Assembly: GCA_964187785.1 (NCBI GenBank) | Contig: OZ076409.1 | Span: 4,652,001 to 4,716,000 of the forward strand | Reading direction: 5' to 3' | From: Amphiscolops sp. MND2022 | Taxonomy: Eukaryota | Length of the DNA stretch: 64,000 nt | Shown: positions 62,348-64,000 of the stretch, piece after piece | How the letters are laid out: each line of letters begins with the position of its first letter | Numbering within the stretch: position 1 is the first letter of the stretch | Translations under genes and position numbers: made by a program | The notes under the pieces: generated by a model | What the model was told of the DNA's origin: nothing | Database searches by the model: none | What the model saw: the letters and a program-made list of their open reading frames with translations, nothing else

Positions 62348-64000
62348 CTGTAACAAGATTTGAAGAGCAAAACAAGCTTTCAAACTAAATAGTAGCTCGT
62401 GAAGCACTGTGATAATTTCTGCAAAAAATTGTCTGTCTGAAAGTATACAATCAGGATCTCGTTAAAGCTTGGAATGAGAAGTCTAGATGAAAATGAAGTA
62501 AAATTTTTGTACTCTTTTAAACTTTTCATGCATTTCATATGACACATTTCTGATTTCATCCCTATTTGGAGGAAGAAAGAATGTTTGAAATGCACTCGTT
62601 TGAAACCTTTGAAGATAAGAATAAATCGAAAGCTGCAATGCACTGGAACAATCTTGTAAAATATGATGAAACACGTTTTGAAAATATCAGACTCATAAAA
62701 GCCCGAATTGAATGTCTCCTCTAGGGATCTGAAACTCATTTCATACAAATATGAATATAGATAGAGTTTCAAAATGGCAATTCGAAAACAAATATTTCCT
62801 CTGCCGATGTCCTCGCAAGATCCGATAGAAATCGGGAATAACTTTCAAAATCTGTTACAGCGCATTTTCAACTTCAAATGAGTGAAATTATCAAACACTG
62901 AAATCACTGTTCGAATTGGAAAAAAAACATTCACGCCAGAATTGAACCTCACACATTCCTGACAAGAACCCACTTCGGGTTGAAAACCTAAGAAAATTAA
63001 CTTTTTACATTCTTTTTATAGGTTGTCTGACACTTCAATCAAGATTTTGGGATGTTTTCATGCTCAAAAATTTCACTGTTGCCTGATAATTATTCAGGTT
63101 TTAATCAAAGTTTATGCAAAATTTGGCGGGTTGTTTGAGCAACATCAAAGATGCAGAGGATGAGAACCCGCAAAACTTTCGTTAGTTTTCACAACTAAAG
63201 TGAGTGTTAATGTATGCACAGACTCTACATTTTTTTTCGCCTAAAAATCTTTAAGGCATTGAAACTTCGTCATGACTTGGAGATATCAGGGCATAAAACC
63301 TACTTTTTGATCGTATCTTGAGAAAAACTACATGGCAGTACTTTAGAGCGTAAAATTTGAAAAAAAATTGTCATTTGACTTTTAAAAAAATTTAAAGTTT
63401 GATTTTTACAAAACGTATTAAAATCTATAAGCAATCATGCTGTTCTCAGTGGAAAAAAATTCAAAAAAGGAAACTGATCGAAGCTTCTTTCATTTTATGT
63501 TCATTTGAAGACGCGGAAAACTTTTTTTTTTAAATTTCGATGACAGTTAATAATTTGAAGATTTCGTTTATTTCATGCGTTTCGATGTTATTCCGTCAGA
63601 AACAATTCCGTTTTGCAATTTTACACATCAGGGAGCGCATTAATAACGTCTAAAGAATCCGGTCTTCCCTTTAGATCTTCTTTATTTCCTGAACTTTTAA
63701 ACCTTATTCCGTTCAGATCTCATCCTTTTCTGATTCTTCTGATTCTTCCGCCGCCAGTTCCTTCATATAATATTTAAATATAAAGGCAGCATTCTTGTAG
63801 AATTGTTTTTGACTAAAAAACTTGCTTGAAACTTATGTTTTCAAATTTATATAAAGTTTTTAAAAAGTAATTACCTTTTCGCTATGTTTGAAACTTCAAT
63901 TCTCAAAATTAGTGTGTGTTTTTTCTAGTTTCAACCATAACAAGATTTCGAGATATCAGTGTTTTCATAGAAGAAATTAACTCTTGTTCAAAATTTCATA

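Noticed and set aside
62380..62772. 130-aa minus-strand ORF and a possible terminal exon at 62347
   Set aside because: Non-ATG start, no recognisable domain, and no consistent exon chain could be built.

Overview
AT-rich eukaryotic (invertebrate-like) DNA made almost entirely of transposable elements. The centrepiece is an 18,468-bp Ty3/Gypsy element on the minus strand (17832-36299) with ~270-bp TG...CA LTRs, a GTAC target-site duplication, a PBS and a PPT. It has a retrovirus-like layout: a structured 5' leader, an N-terminally extended gag-pol, an extra Ser/Thr/Pro-rich ORF, an env resembling class III fusion proteins (chuvirus G / herpes gB type), and further same-strand ORFs before the 3' LTR. 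This copy is decayed by stops and frameshifts. Also present are a second Gypsy element cut by the window edge, a near-intact CR1/L2-like LINE, a 997-bp TRIM-like element, a deleted LTR element, a solo LTR, Tc1/mariner remnants, hAT-like and foldback MITEs, and about 19 ends of a Helentron-type non-autonomous (HINE/DINE-1-like) family. Host genes are an intact single-exon orphan class A GPCR and a disrupted PAN + C-type lectin gene. All homology calls are by eye from motifs; no database searches were run.
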